From positions 10,480,001-10,544,000 of the forward strand of contig NC_087437.1 in NCBI RefSeq assembly GCF_036321535.1: a stretch of DNA of 64,000 nucleotides, given 5' to 3'. The DNA comes from Camelus dromedarius (lineage: Eukaryota). The notes beneath the pieces were generated by a model. That model had not been told where the DNA came from. It did no database searches and saw nothing but the letters and a program-made list of their open reading frames with translations. The first letter of the stretch is position 1; each line of letters starts with the position of its first letter. This document shows positions 37,111-50,125 of this stretch, one piece after another. The position numbers were made by a program, and so were the translations under genes.

Positions 37111-37614
37111 ACATCTCTGTCCTGCAAGAAAGGTGCAGATCAAGGCAAGGGTTTCCCTCCTTCTGTCTTTGTTTCCTTCTGAGCTTTCCTTAAGTTTAAA
37201 ATATCTTTATTTATTGCACCCATAACAATATGATAACCACAACAAAGAAATCGTGTCTATAATCTCATTGCTTAGCACATCTCTGACTCTTAGGTGTCAC
37301 CATTCGCTCCTTTGTTCTGACAGTCTTTCTCCGAGCTGAGCTGAGTCTTCCTTTCTTACTCTTGTGAGGTTGAAAGAAAGCCACTCTGAACTGCTTTTCT
37401 TTTTTTTCCATTCCTGGCCTATGCTCTCTCTTGAGACTCTTTATCCATATCTCAGCACCTACTTAAGCCCCTCCGTGTGTCTGGGATGTCAGATGCAACA
37501 GCTCATTTCAGGAGTGAGGGAGACTCCTCGCAGGCAGGAACTACTGCAGTTGTAGCATTCTTGGTACACGGAGGACTCGAGGAGGGAACGTCATCATTAG
37601 AGAGCAGGGAGCAT

Positions 37615-38105
37615 GTGTGTTCACTACCTATTGCTGCACAACAAATTACCCTCAAAAATTAGTGGCTGAAAAACATTGATTATCTCAAGGATCAAAAGTG
37701 GTTTCACTGGGTGTTTCTGGTTCAGGGTTTTTCATGTACTGCAGATGTCGAGCAGCGTGGCATCATCTGAAGGCTCGGCTAAAGTTAGAAGGATCTGCCT
37801 CCGAGCTCACTCGTCGGTGGACTTCAGGATGAGGCCTCAGTTCCTAGCCACGTGGGCCTCTCTCTAGGGCCACTCACAATGTGGCAGCTGGCTTCCCCCA
37901 AAATGAGCGATGAGAGAGAAAAAGAGAGAGAGAGAATGAACCAAGATGGAAGGCCTAACAATTTTTATAATCTCAGAAGTGACGAACTATCACATCTCAG
38001 CATTACATCAACTAATCCTGGTATGATGTGGGAGGTGACTACACAAGGGTGTGGATACCAGAGGGGACAGGGATTTGGGGGCCATCTTTGAGACTGACTA
38101 TCATA
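37615..38105. mobile_element. MaLR MLT1 solo LTR
   Basis: 'ctattgctgcacaacaaattacc...ttagtggctgaaaaaca...ggggccatctttgagactgactatca'. Confidence 0.75.
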
Positions 38106-39019
38106 CTTGGGCAGGGGTAAGACATGGGAGGAACAGCCAGACTTCTCTGTTTGCATCTTCATTTATGTGAATGGTGCTGTCTGACATTTTGCAGTGTGCA
38201 ACATATACAGTTGTACATAGTGGCCCATTTGGCAGTGCCCAAGTGAGAAACTCAGGGAATGGGTCCTCAGCACTCTTCCATTCCCTGTTAAGAATTCAGT
38301 CACACATTCATTTGTGCAACAAACATTTGCTCAGCAGCCAGCCGGTGCCTGCCTCTGTATCAGTGCTGTACTATGTAGTGGGGTCTTAGGGTCTCAGCTT
38401 TAATGGGGCTTCAGTTTTCCCATACCAGTGTCGTCCTTAAATATCTAAGACATTCAGAATGATCCTTTCAAGCCAGGCTGTAAGCAGAAGGTTATTGTCT
38501 TTCACCTGTTCTCTCAGGGTCCTAATCTTTGGTAAACTGAAACTAATAATATTTCCTCCAGGGGGTACAATCCAAATATTTAACCACCTCTGGCCACTGG
38601 GAGCCCCACAAGAATGGAAGCAGCCTAAACAAGAGCAGATCTACCAGAATGATGTGTTTTGTAGAAATCCAGCCCAGGTACCCCCAGGGAGGTCTTTTCT
38701 GCCACACTTCTTGTCAAACTGGAGAACTAATTGTGAATCTACCTACTCACAAAGTTGGCAGTAACAAAACTTCCAAGAAATCTACAAAAACATTCCCACC
38801 TGCTGGATGGAGGGGGTAAAGTGTAGGCTCTCTATTAAAGCCCAGAAATAAGAAGTGTAGGGAAGGAGGGAGGGAGGGAAGCTCACAATGACATGTTGAC
38901 GGACCAGAGCAGGAAACAGAAGGAAGGTGAGCTGTTTGTTTTGGAGACCAAGTTTAAATCTCAGGGGAGAGGAACTGAGAAAATCAAGTAAATCTATGCT
39001 TGTAACACTGGACTCATGC

Positions 39020-39262
39020 TGAAGTGTTCTGAAGTTCACAGACTGTAGAGCCGAACTGCTGATTCCAAATCCCAGGTCTGCTGTGTGACTGCAAACAAGT
39101 GATTTCACGTCTCTGCCCTTCAATGTTCTCATCTGTACAGTGGGGTTGACTGAATGAAACCAACCTTATGGGGTGTTTGTAAGCTAGTATATGTAAAGGG
39201 CTAGAATGTTGCCTGTTACCAGTTAAGAATACACTAAGGCTAAGTGCTAATATTATTATTGA
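39020..39262 (+). mobile_element. MIR SINE
   Basis: 'aaatcccaggtctgctgtgtgact...ttctcatctgtacagtgggg'. Confidence 0.7.
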
Positions 39263-39307
39263 AGAAATTAGAATAATGTCTATCACGCTAGCAACTGAAA
39301 GAGGTCA

Positions 39308-40025
39308 ATTTCATTCACGCAACCGGTATTTACTGAATATAAATAGCAATGAACTGCAGCCAGTGAAATATCTGTTCCCAAAGTGCTTAAATTTGGAGAG
39401 AGGGAAGGAAGAGCAGAGGAGAAGGGGAAGACGAAAATAGACAAGTTAAAAAAATTATTTCCGATTTATTACGATGATCAAGAAGAAAATTAAAGCAGAG
39501 AAGGGAGAAAAGGAGGTGCTGGGGGAGGGAAGAATGTTACAGACACAGGAAACTCTAAGTCAGGTATCTTAAGTTTGAAAAATGTTTGGTGTATTCCATA
39601 TCAGCAAGGAGGCTAGTGTGGCTGGAGGGAGAAAAAGGTGGGGTGAAGGTGTATAACGTGAGGTCAGAGGGGACCTTGCTGGGGGTGGCAGGTAGATCAT
39701 GTAGCGACACGTAGCCACCGTAAGGTCTTTGGCTATTGGCCTACAGCAGGAAGCCACTGGAGGTTTTGAAAAGAGGAGAGACATAATCTAATGCATGTTT
39801 TAAAGGATCACTCAGACTGTTGTGTGTGGGATGATGGGTGGAGTGTGCAGGGAAGTGGAGCTGGAAGTAGAAAGATAGGGTAAAAGGCTATTATTGAGAG
39901 ATGCTGGTGGCTTGGACCAGAGTATTAGCTGTGGGGAGGGAGGAGGGAAGTAGGGGATCCTTTCAGGATAGCTTGCTGATGAATTGGAGATAAGGTGTAA
40001 CATAGAGAGAAGAGTCAAGGATGGA
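39308..40025 (-). mobile_element. L2 LINE relic
   Basis: 'ttcattcacgcaaccggtatttactgaa' terminus; 'gaagccactggaggttttgaa...ttttaaaggatcactcagactg' body. Confidence 0.75.
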
Positions 40026-41289
40026 AAAGCTCTGTGAGGGCAGGCAGTTTTTCTCTTTTATCCAATGTCATATCCCAGCCACCTAGACAGTGCCTGGTAG
40101 TCAATAAACATTCCTTGCATCAATGAAAAGGATAGCTTTGATTTGTATTATGATGCCCTTCTTAAATTCAGTAAGTAGTATATATAGCAGTTAAAACAGC
40201 TACAGGTAAGTGAAGTCCTGTATAGCAAGGACAGTTTCAGCATTTAAGCAGTGAAACCTCTTCTGACCCTTTCATAAAGGGTTGCCATTTGGAAGTTGCC
40301 ATTGCTGCATCTCTGCTCCCCCAGTTGCCCATGACCAGGACTGAAAAAGGCAACTTGGATACTTTCTGTAATAGCAAAGTACTTTACAATAAACTATTCA
40401 TTGTAAACAAACAGAAATCGACAGGATGTACACCTAAGAGTATATAAAAGAGTAGTTTATTTGGAGAAGAGCATGGAGACCCAGGAAATGGAGATTCTGT
40501 CATTCATCCTCACCAAACAGTTGCAAAACATATTGACAATCAATAAAGTGAGAATATTAATGTACAAGTATCTCATAAGGTGAGATAAATTATGTACATA
40601 TTTAAGGCAGTGTATGAAATGCTTTATTTTGGTCATATTCTAAATAATAAAAAATTATGCATTTTATGTCATCTTTTCCTAATATTATATTGCACCATGT
40701 GAGAGAGATAGGTGGCTTTATAATAGATGGTAATTCCAGGATACGGTCATTTCTAATCCTCCAATACACATTTTAGAGTTTAAGGGTAACAGGGCCTGTT
40801 AATGTCCTTGAGTTGATAATAAGAACACACCCACGTTTTGCTCCATGGTGATTCACGGAGGCTTCAAGTTCAGGGATGTTATAAAGTAATAGCCAAAGCT
40901 TGAAGAAGGCATTTGATAAAAGGATGTTCAAGTCTAGACATACCTACTTGCTCCTGTCCTCTGGGGTCTTGAGGCTGCTTGAGCTGATCTGGATCCTGTG
41001 GGGCTGTGTTCGCCCCTGCTGGGTCACGTTTAGGAGCTGCAACAGCAATCAGTTGATCAGAGGGGCTGGGGTGGGGACGGGGAAAATTCTGTGGAGGCAG
41101 AGTTTGCATAGCAGGCATGGTATTTGGGGTGAAGATTATAGGGGAGCCTAATGTTCCCTCGGGTCACCCGGAGCACTGTTGTCCTCACCCCTTTAGCTGG
41201 ACATCACTGCAGCTTCCCACTCTCTCCCAGACAGCCTCTGCCCCTACCTCCACTCTCTCCTCAGTATCCCAGGGTTGAATGACCTTAAG

Positions 41290-42800
41290 TCTTGGCTCGC
41301 GGGGTACATTCTGGGCCTGGGCGCGCCCAAAGGCAGAAGGACCTTCGTGCTGCAATGTCGGATGAGGAGTGTAGCCTGGGCGAACTTTCCAGGCCACCGC
41401 GAAGTTTTCCCATCCTGGGTGCATGTGGACACCACGCGTCCGAGTTTTGCTTCGTGAGTCAATAGGGTCAGTCCTGTAGCCATTTGGAGAAAGCTTCGAG
41501 GCCAGTATGAAGCCAGGGCTGCAGTGGCCGGGGGTGAAACGCCGCCCCCGCTCAGTCTTCGGGCAACTCCCACCCCCAGCCAGCGTTTCCCTTTAACGCG
41601 CGTGCCCGTCAAGGTCCCCGCGTCCCCTCCCTCCAGCCGGCCCGGCAGCCTCCGTTTCCCTCCCCTCTCCCGGTCCCGACCGCTCCTTCTCCGTGGGACG
41701 CCCCTCGCCCGCCCCCGGCCCTGCCCGCTCGCGGGACTCGGTTGTCACTTTACTTTTCCGCGCCGCCTCCCCGCCCCCTCGCCCAGCGGCGGGGCACCCG
41801 CCGTGCGCGCGCCCGCCCCCGCCCCCTCGCGGCCGCGCGCCCGAGGAGGAGGGGCGGAGCGGGGAGGCGCGGCGCGGCGCGGCGGGCCGACGTGGGGCTC
41901 GCGCTCTCGCGGTCTCTCCCGGGCGGGCGCGCGGGCACACGCAGTCGCGGGCGCGCGCGCGGACGGCCGGGCGGCGGCGGCGGCGGCAGAGGTGGCTCAC
42001 GGAGGCGGTGGCTTCACTTTCCAGGACTCAGGGGCGGCCACCGCAGCAGCCGCGGGCAGCAGCCTCGGGAGCCGGAGCTGGAACGGCCGGGGGCGGCGGC
42101 GGCGGCGCCGGGGGTGAGTCCGCGCGCGGCGGGGACAGGCGTGGCCGGGCGGTCCGGTGCGCGGGTCCGGTTTCGGTGACTGGACGGTCCGCGAGGACAG
42201 CTCGTCCCCGGGGCCTCCTTGGCGCTCCTTCCCCCCGCGCCTCCGCAGCCCTCTCTCCTCGGGCTTGGGCTCGAGCCCGCGACCTGCGCGGACGCCCCTC
42301 CCTCAGGTACTCGCCGGGCCGCGCCGGTGCCCCCGCCTCGGCCCGCTCCCCTCAGCGCCGCAGGTCTCCGCTTACGCCGCTGGCGCCCCGGGTCCCTCCC
42401 CGCTCCCCGCGTGCCCCTCTCCCCGCGCCCCCTCCCTCGAGCCTCCTGCCCCGGTTTCTCGCCCTTTCCACCCCTCCCCCTCCTCCCCATCCACCCCCCT
42501 TCTGCCTCTCCCCTCCCGGCCCATCTTCAACCCCCTTCCGTTCTCGGTTCCCCATCCTTCGCCACCCTCCCAAGCCCCTTGCCTCTCCCAGCCGCATCCT
42601 GGAACTAAGTCTTCGCAAAAGTACAGGATAAATGTCACGGTGGAAAGTGCCCGGCTTGATCTTTTGCTATTTTCCCTAATTGCATAATTGCTGCACATGG
42701 TGTCTCTCCGGGCGAGTGCCGGGTCTGGCTCCCCCGCGCCGCCGCACCCCCGTGGACCGCCCAAGAGACCTTGTGGGGTGTGTTGGTGTGTCCCCCGGTG
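41290..42800. promoter_or_regulatory. UBE2E2: CpG island promoter of UBE2E2
   Basis: Very high GC and CpG density; GC boxes (ccgccc/gggcgg) around 41700-41880; no TATA box seen; overlaps exon 1. Confidence 0.9.
41935..42113 (+). other. UBE2E2: UBE2E2 exon 1 (non-coding 5'UTR); TSS approximate
   Basis: Strong donor GGG|GTGAGT at 42114 inside the CpG island; no ATG in the exon; (GGC)n runs. Confidence 0.7.
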
Positions 42801-45800
42801 TGGAGTGTGTGTTGTCTTGGTCTTTTGTGAAGCCCAGCGCTTGTCACAGTTTGGAGCCGAAGCCCATTTTTCTCTGGTCTCTTCTCTGCAGCCCCCACTG
42901 GCCTGGTTTGAAACTGGATTCCTCCCCCCACTCCCCCTCCCTCTCCCCCTCTCTCCTCTCTTAATGTTTTGATCCTTTTGCCCTTTACCATTTCTAATGA
43001 AGATAAAGCGTAGCTTCTTTTTTTTTTTTTTTTTTCCCACGACCAACCAGAAATGTCCAATCCATCTTCCCTTAAGGAAATTAAGGCCGCTTTAGAAAGA
43101 CATCATCCTGTGCTCGGTGGCTGTTAGACCTATTTGCATGTTTTCGAGATTCATCGTTTTGCATTGTGTATTCTTGAGAGTCCCCTCAAATATTTTTATT
43201 TTAAAGTACAAAAGGAAATGCTAGGGTTTACCTTAAGAGTATCTCGCTTTTCAGAAGGATTTAAAGTTCTTAGTTTTTTATCCCTGATTCTTAAAAAAGT
43301 ATGTTTCTGAATATGTGATAATTCACTCTGGACCTCGGGAACCTAAATATTTGTGTTTACGCAGTTTGGATCCTCTTTGGCTCTTCAGAGTTTTGTATGT
43401 GGGTTGGTGCTGATGACGGAGGGTTTTCCCATATTGTCATATCCCATTACAGAAAGGTGCTCCCCCCCAGGACAGAGAACCTTTTCCTCAAAACTTAGGT
43501 GTTCCAATATTATTTCCTGCATAAATATCTTTGCAGGTAAGTTAAAAGCTGCTTATTGCTAGGTATTCTGAATATAATATAAATTATTTTGTTTTACGTT
43601 TTAGAAAAGTTTAGAAACGTGAGTGGGAAGACAAATGACAAAAAATCAGATGAGAGAGTTAAGTGTTTTCCTGTTGTCAAAGCTCAAACGAACACTTGCC
43701 TTTGCAGTTTTATACCATACGACACAGTTATAAGGCTTATCTAGACAGTAATCCGGATTTATGGAGTGACTATAGTTGCTTTTATGGTATCGGTAATATT
43801 TATAACCAAATCGTTTCATTTTTATGGAACTTGTGAGTTTCATTTCGCATGTTGGTAATTTCCAGGACTGTAATTACAACGTAATTGTACAAAGCTAATA
43901 CAGGGTTAGGTAATTTGTGTGTTGAAAAGGGAACAATGTCTAAACTCTTAATAAAACATGTATTTGAGGAAAGTTTATTTCAATATTTAATGTTTAGAAA
44001 CCAAGTTTTACTTTGAGTACAAAGTAAAAATATAAGTTTAAGTGTCTTAGTATCTTTGGAACTATGGAAGAGTAGCTCTATGCTTATAAATGTGTGATTC
44101 AAGGTCATCTTTACTCTAGATTAAATAATTGGATCAAATTAGCTATTTAAGAATTAATCTTAGAAGATAATTTTAAAATGCTGATTTAAAAGATAACATT
44201 TAGAGAGTTTTAATTCAGGAATTTTTATTCATTTGTACTTCAGAGAGACAAAACACTAATCTTATAACTAATTAAAATGCTTATAGACTTTTTCTTCATA
44301 AAAATTAGTTGCCACTTATGTAGTGAAATAAGTTTTACTGTAACCAGGCATTCAAGAAACAAAACCAACAGAAATTTCGCTTACTCTTGATATTTGAAAA
44401 AGATATGAAAACTTTGTTTCTAAAAGTTTCTATGGTGGTTATTAGTGGCCTCAGGGAAATTTATCACTTGTAGGTTAGAATTTGGATGAAATAAAGTATC
44501 TTAGGTCAAAAGTGGAAATAGACTTTTTTTCTTTATTGTGAAGCTGTAAAGATTATACATCTATTTGGGTATTTTCAACAATTCTCTAGTGAGACTAATT
44601 ATAGTCTTCTGATAATCTGGAGGGATTCATGAAATTTGTGCTTTAGATTATGGTTCGGATTATATTGAGTAGTCTTTCAAGTAATTGTATATACTCAGCG
44701 TTATTGGAGATGATGTAAACACACATAAGAATATTAAGAAGAATGTGTACCTCTATAACGTAATATTCAACTGAAATTCTAGAGGCATAGTTTATTAAAA
44801 CTGAAGCTGGAGCTTCAGTAAAAAAGATTTTTGATTTAGGTTTCCAACTATTTTTTATATAATGGATTACTTCAGGTTTAAGATGTATAAAATGATTTCT
44901 CAATCATTTCACATTTCTCAAAATATTGCCAGCAGCATTTTGCTGTATCTGAGTGCCTTTGCCTGAGTACTGTTCTCTTTCTTACTCCAGTGCACATCTG
45001 CTCCGACATGCTCTTATGTACATACTTAATAAGGTTTGAAACTTCTGATATATTTTAACTGAAAGGAGTAATCTGAAAAAAAAATCAGTGTTAAATCCAA
45101 GGATAAAAATTTAAGTGGAATAAAAATGAAAAAAAAAGCAAGATATATGTTAGGACTGTTAGAGCTAGATGTGAAACATACTGATGTAAAATTTCAGTAT
45201 TCTATTAAGTGACTTTAGTGCTCGTAAAAGATGTCACAGCTGTGGAGACTGATGCTCTCCATTTACAGGATAGGTAGAAGAGCAGTCAGATTTCCCTGCG
45301 TGTTTCGGAGCTGCCTGGACAGACCTATTTTTATTTGGCGTGGGAGAAGGGAGCTGTTGAAGGTGTGAGGGGTGGTGATAGTGTGTTTTGTGTGATGTCT
45401 CATTGAAGGCATTCAGTATTTTCTATTGATTGTTCACCCCTCTGTGCTCCTGGGTTCTTCCGTTCTCTTGCAGTGCGTTTTGGTTTGTCTTACCATAAAA
45501 AATTTCAGTCACTTAGAGGTCTGTGTTATGAAGTCATTTCGATTTAGAGCAAGCTACAAGTTAAATCTTTGGTGATGATGAATTTTAATAATCATTGTCA
45601 ACTAGCTATACATTTGGACTGATCGTAGTAGTAAAAACAGTGCTTTATTTGAGGTATCTTTTACATATTCTTATTCTTGATATTTCAAGTCCAATTTGAT
45701 TAAGAGTAATATGGTATCTTTTCCTAAAGGAATTTGTTCCATTTATCTATGATTTTTAAAGGTCACACCTTGAAGGCGGTTTTATCTTTTAAAGAAGAGA

Positions 45801-46524
45801 TGCCTCAGGAGGTGGCCACACTGTGCTCAAGTGGTTATGAGATGACAGTAACGTGGTGAGAGTCTGGGCATCGGTTTGTCCGTTTGTTTTTGGATTTGTC
45901 AGTACACTCCATGCTAGCTGGGTCACAAGGGATGTGTTCATTGTAGTCAAACTCAGAAATTGATTATGATAGAATGACAGTCAAGAAGAGAAAACTGCAA
46001 TTCGTTTGGGTGTTATCTAGGTCATAACAGCTACCTACATATCAAGGTAGTGAGGAAATTGAGTTGGTCATCAGAGTTGCTCGCGGAGCATGAACTCAGA
46101 GCAAAAGGGATTTGAAAGCCTTGAGGGATATTTTCTGTGGGGAAAAAACAAGGAATCCTCCAGTGTCTGCACACAGTCTTCATCTCTTGTGAAACGTGGT
46201 TGCTTAGCATATTGCTGGATCAGTGCTGACACCATCATACAATTCAGTTTTTATTTAGAATCGTGGAGGCCTCTGTGTTCTTCTGTTATCACAAAGGTTG
46301 CTTAAAACAATTGACTGGTTTAGAGAATTTTAACCTTAGCCTAGTCCGAGGATATATTCATTTAATATTGATGCAGAAGTGTCCCCCATTTCCCTGTTCC
46401 TGTGGCTGTTTTTCCTAACCTCTGTCACAGCACTTAGCAAGTTGGCTTACCCACTAGACCAACTTTCTCATGCTTGTGAGACCAGAGGGCCTAGAACAGT
46501 GCCTGGTGGAGAGGAGGCCCTAGA

Positions 46525-47060
46525 TTTTTTTTTTTTTTTCGGTAACAGCTTTATTGACATGTAATTCATAAACTATGAAAATCCACTCTTTTAAAATGCA
46601 GTGGTTTTTAGACTATTTTAGAGTTGTGCAACATTACCGATGTCTAATTTAAGAACATTTTCATCACCCCAGAAGGAAACTTTGTACTTACTTATTTGCA
46701 GTCCTTCCCCATTTTTCCTTCACTTCTAGCCCCTCCCAATCACTAATTGACTTTTCTGTCTCTGTGGATTTTCCTATTCTGATCATTTCGTATAAATAGG
46801 AATCAGGCAGTTTGTGGTCCTTTGTGACAGGCTTCTTTCACATATAATGTTTTCAAAGTCCATCCATTTTGCACCATGTAGATACTGTACGTCATTCCTT
46901 TATATGGCTAAGTAATATTCCATTGTTTGGACGTAACACGTTTGGTTCCTCTGCTCATCAGTTAGTGGATAGTTGAGTTGTCCCCTCTTTTCGGCTCTAT
47001 GAAGAATGTTGCTATGAACATTTTGAGTATAATTGTATATGTTTCCATTTCTCTTCTCAG
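46525..47060 (-). mobile_element. Ancient L1MB-like 3' end in intron 1
   Basis: T-tract, 'aacagctttattgacatgtaattcata', 'gaacattttcatcacccc', 'gctaagtaatattccattg'. Confidence 0.8.
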
Positions 47061-47235
47061 TACATTTTGAATTCATCGGATGAAAGAAAAGTTTTGGCAA
47101 CTCCCAAAGCTGTTTTGTAAATAACCAACCATTCATTTTATAGTAACTTTACTTGTTCCACTCTAAGATTCACTTTCTCTGTGTTCTCAAGGTACCTTAC
47201 TGTAGTCCTCCCACAACTGAATATGTGATTTTTGA

Positions 47236-47586
<351 letters not shown>

Positions 47587-49904
47587 TAATTGTACACAAT
47601 ATGATCTTGTCAGTTAAACAACGTGGCAGATTTATAAAGCACGTATCCATAGTGTGCGTGTTAATGTATTATTGTTAGGTGAGCACGTGCAGAAAAATGC
47701 ATATGAAAGTGTGATGATTCGATTTATAGTTCCTTGACCGTTAGTATTTTATTCTGTTCAGTAGCATAGAATAGAGAGTGGGAATCTGTTGAAATAGTTA
47801 CTGAGTGATAGTGTATTTTCTACTATTTGCTGTTAGTAAAGTGAGAAATGCTGGAGTTAGCAACAAATGCATCTTGGTTTCATTATATTAGGCAGTGATT
47901 CGTTCTTGATACAGGTTTTCTTTTTCTCCAGAGAATAGGCAGATCTGGAAGGAAGATATTTGAATGATTCTCTATTACCACATCAGTTGCTTTTGATGAT
48001 TGGCATGCCATTGGACTCAGCAGAGGGAATCTGCTTTCATATTGTTACAGTAGAGAGTATCTCTTGGTAAATAATTTAAAGGTGAATTGAATTTAGTAGA
48101 GTCTTTCCTGGTCCTGTGATGTACTGTTCTTGTTTTGTTTTAATACCTTTTTTTATATGAAATAGGAAGTGTAAATAAAAGCAGCCTGTAAATTTTAGGC
48201 GTAGTGGAATGTCTGAATATTGAATGATAGCTTTGTACTTCACTGGATAGTGTGGATTAGGGGAACCTGTCCTGAAGATCATAAACCATATGGCCTAGTA
48301 CACTTTGTTTCTCTCTGACCTAGTTAGTCCACAGCACTGGGAAGAACCTTCTGAGGCCTCCTGGGGGCATGACTTTCTAGGGGGAAATGTTGGAGTGATG
48401 GTGAGTGGTCGGCAACCCATCCCAAGGGGCTGGGATAGTCAGTTTCCCTTTCTCGGAAGTGTATTGCTGATCCCTGACCTCTGTGGAAGGAGTTGTGTGA
48501 AAGTTAGATAGCCTTGAACTTTAAACCTGTGAACCTCTGTACGCGAACGTGCTAGCATGGGAGAAAGGGTTCAGTTTGTTTCTGCTGTCACACCACAAAT
48601 CCAAAAGGCCTCAGTTGGTGGACCAGTCTCTCTGCTGCCTGGCCACAACACAAAGTGACGTGCTGCTGGGACATGGGGGTGGAGTTAGAGCGGATAAGGA
48701 AGGTGGGGATGGAGAAAATATGACATTTAGATGAAAGAAGGGAGGCTAGGTGTGGGAGGGTAAGAGACATTCAAGTACAGGTTGCGGCCCGTGTAAATGA
48801 GTCTAATTCAGTCTTCAGCTTCTGACAGTGAGGGTTTTCTTTGGGCCTCTTCAGTTGTCAGGAAAGGGAGAGGGTGGCTGGCCAGGTCTGTGGGGAGTAG
48901 GGTTTGGAAAGTGCTTCTGCTGGGGCTGTGCTCCGCTCTCCTGTGACTGTAAGTTAACAGACTCCTGTCTGCCTTTGTGAGGTCCTGCCTTTTCCCCTGG
49001 CTGGGAGCACCACCATAAATACCTTAAAATCATATTTGTTGGGTAATGTGGCAAAGACCAAATTCTGCCATGAAAGAGAATGATCTGAGTAGTGTGTAAA
49101 AGTGAGGATTGCATGAATTTTTTCAAGTACCTGTGTCATCTTTTACTTCATTTTCATTTTCCTACAGTGTGACAAAGTATAGTTTATATGTTCAAACCTA
49201 GTTTTCCTCCCCCCTCCCTCTTTAAAAAGGGTAAAACTTAGTTTTGAGATGGGTTGTGAACGACCCAGGATGGTGCCCGGTTGGCAGATAGTAGAAGTTG
49301 GTATCACTGCATTGGTGAAAGAGAGAAGTATCTTTTGGATTGCTTCCTAGCTGGAAAAAATCCCTCCATGCGCAGATTTATTCTTCTGCATCTCGGACTT
49401 TCAAACTGTGATGCATGACCTTCCTCTGGAAGGTCTCTGGGTGGTTTATGGGTGAGTGTCTGAAGTGACTTAGTCATTTACTATTTGTTTTAAATATAAA
49501 AATGCTGCTTCACTGCTAATTTTCTAAGTGACAAAATTCCCTTCCCCCAATTTAGTTGACAGTGAAGTTGGTTTTTTCCCTCATCTCTGCTTAAGTTCTA
49601 ACAACTGAGGGAAAAAATGGGAATCATGAGGGCAGCGGCTTACATCTTTTCAATTCACCACTATATCTGCAGTGCCTAGAAGAGTAGGGTCACCGTATTT
49701 ATTGACTAGTTGTCATAGAGCCTTGAGGAGGGGTTGAATCTTCCATGGATATTAGAATCCCACTACTGACCTGTTCCCAAGATTCAAAGTTAGAAGTAGT
49801 TTCAAAATAAAATTCTAACTTACTTTTATTGAAAATTGATTTTTATGCAGATGAGATGTCTTTTCCAAATAGTGTCATTTTGTAGGAGAAAGTTAATCAG
49901 TAGC

Positions 49905-50125
49905 AATGCAGAGCTTGGACTCTAGAGACAGGATCCAGGTTGGATTCTAGGGTCTGGCATTTAGTCACTCTGTGATCTTAGATACATACTTTAACGTTTC
50001 TAAGCCTCAGTTTTCTCTTCTGTAAAATGGAGACATAATAGTCCCATATTCACAGGGCTGTTGTGAGGACTGAATGTGCTAAAGCATTATTTGGCACATA
50101 GTAAGGTTTTATACACAGATGCTAT
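49905..50125 (+). mobile_element. MIR SINE
   Basis: 'gcctcagttttctcttctgtaaaatggagacataatag...cagggctgttgtgagga'. Confidence 0.8.

Noticed and set aside
41524..43060. Many long overlapping ORFs (up to 312 aa) on both strands
   Set aside because: Low-complexity Arg/Pro/Gly/Ala translations caused by stop-codon scarcity in a CpG island; most start at non-ATG codons; no recognisable domain.
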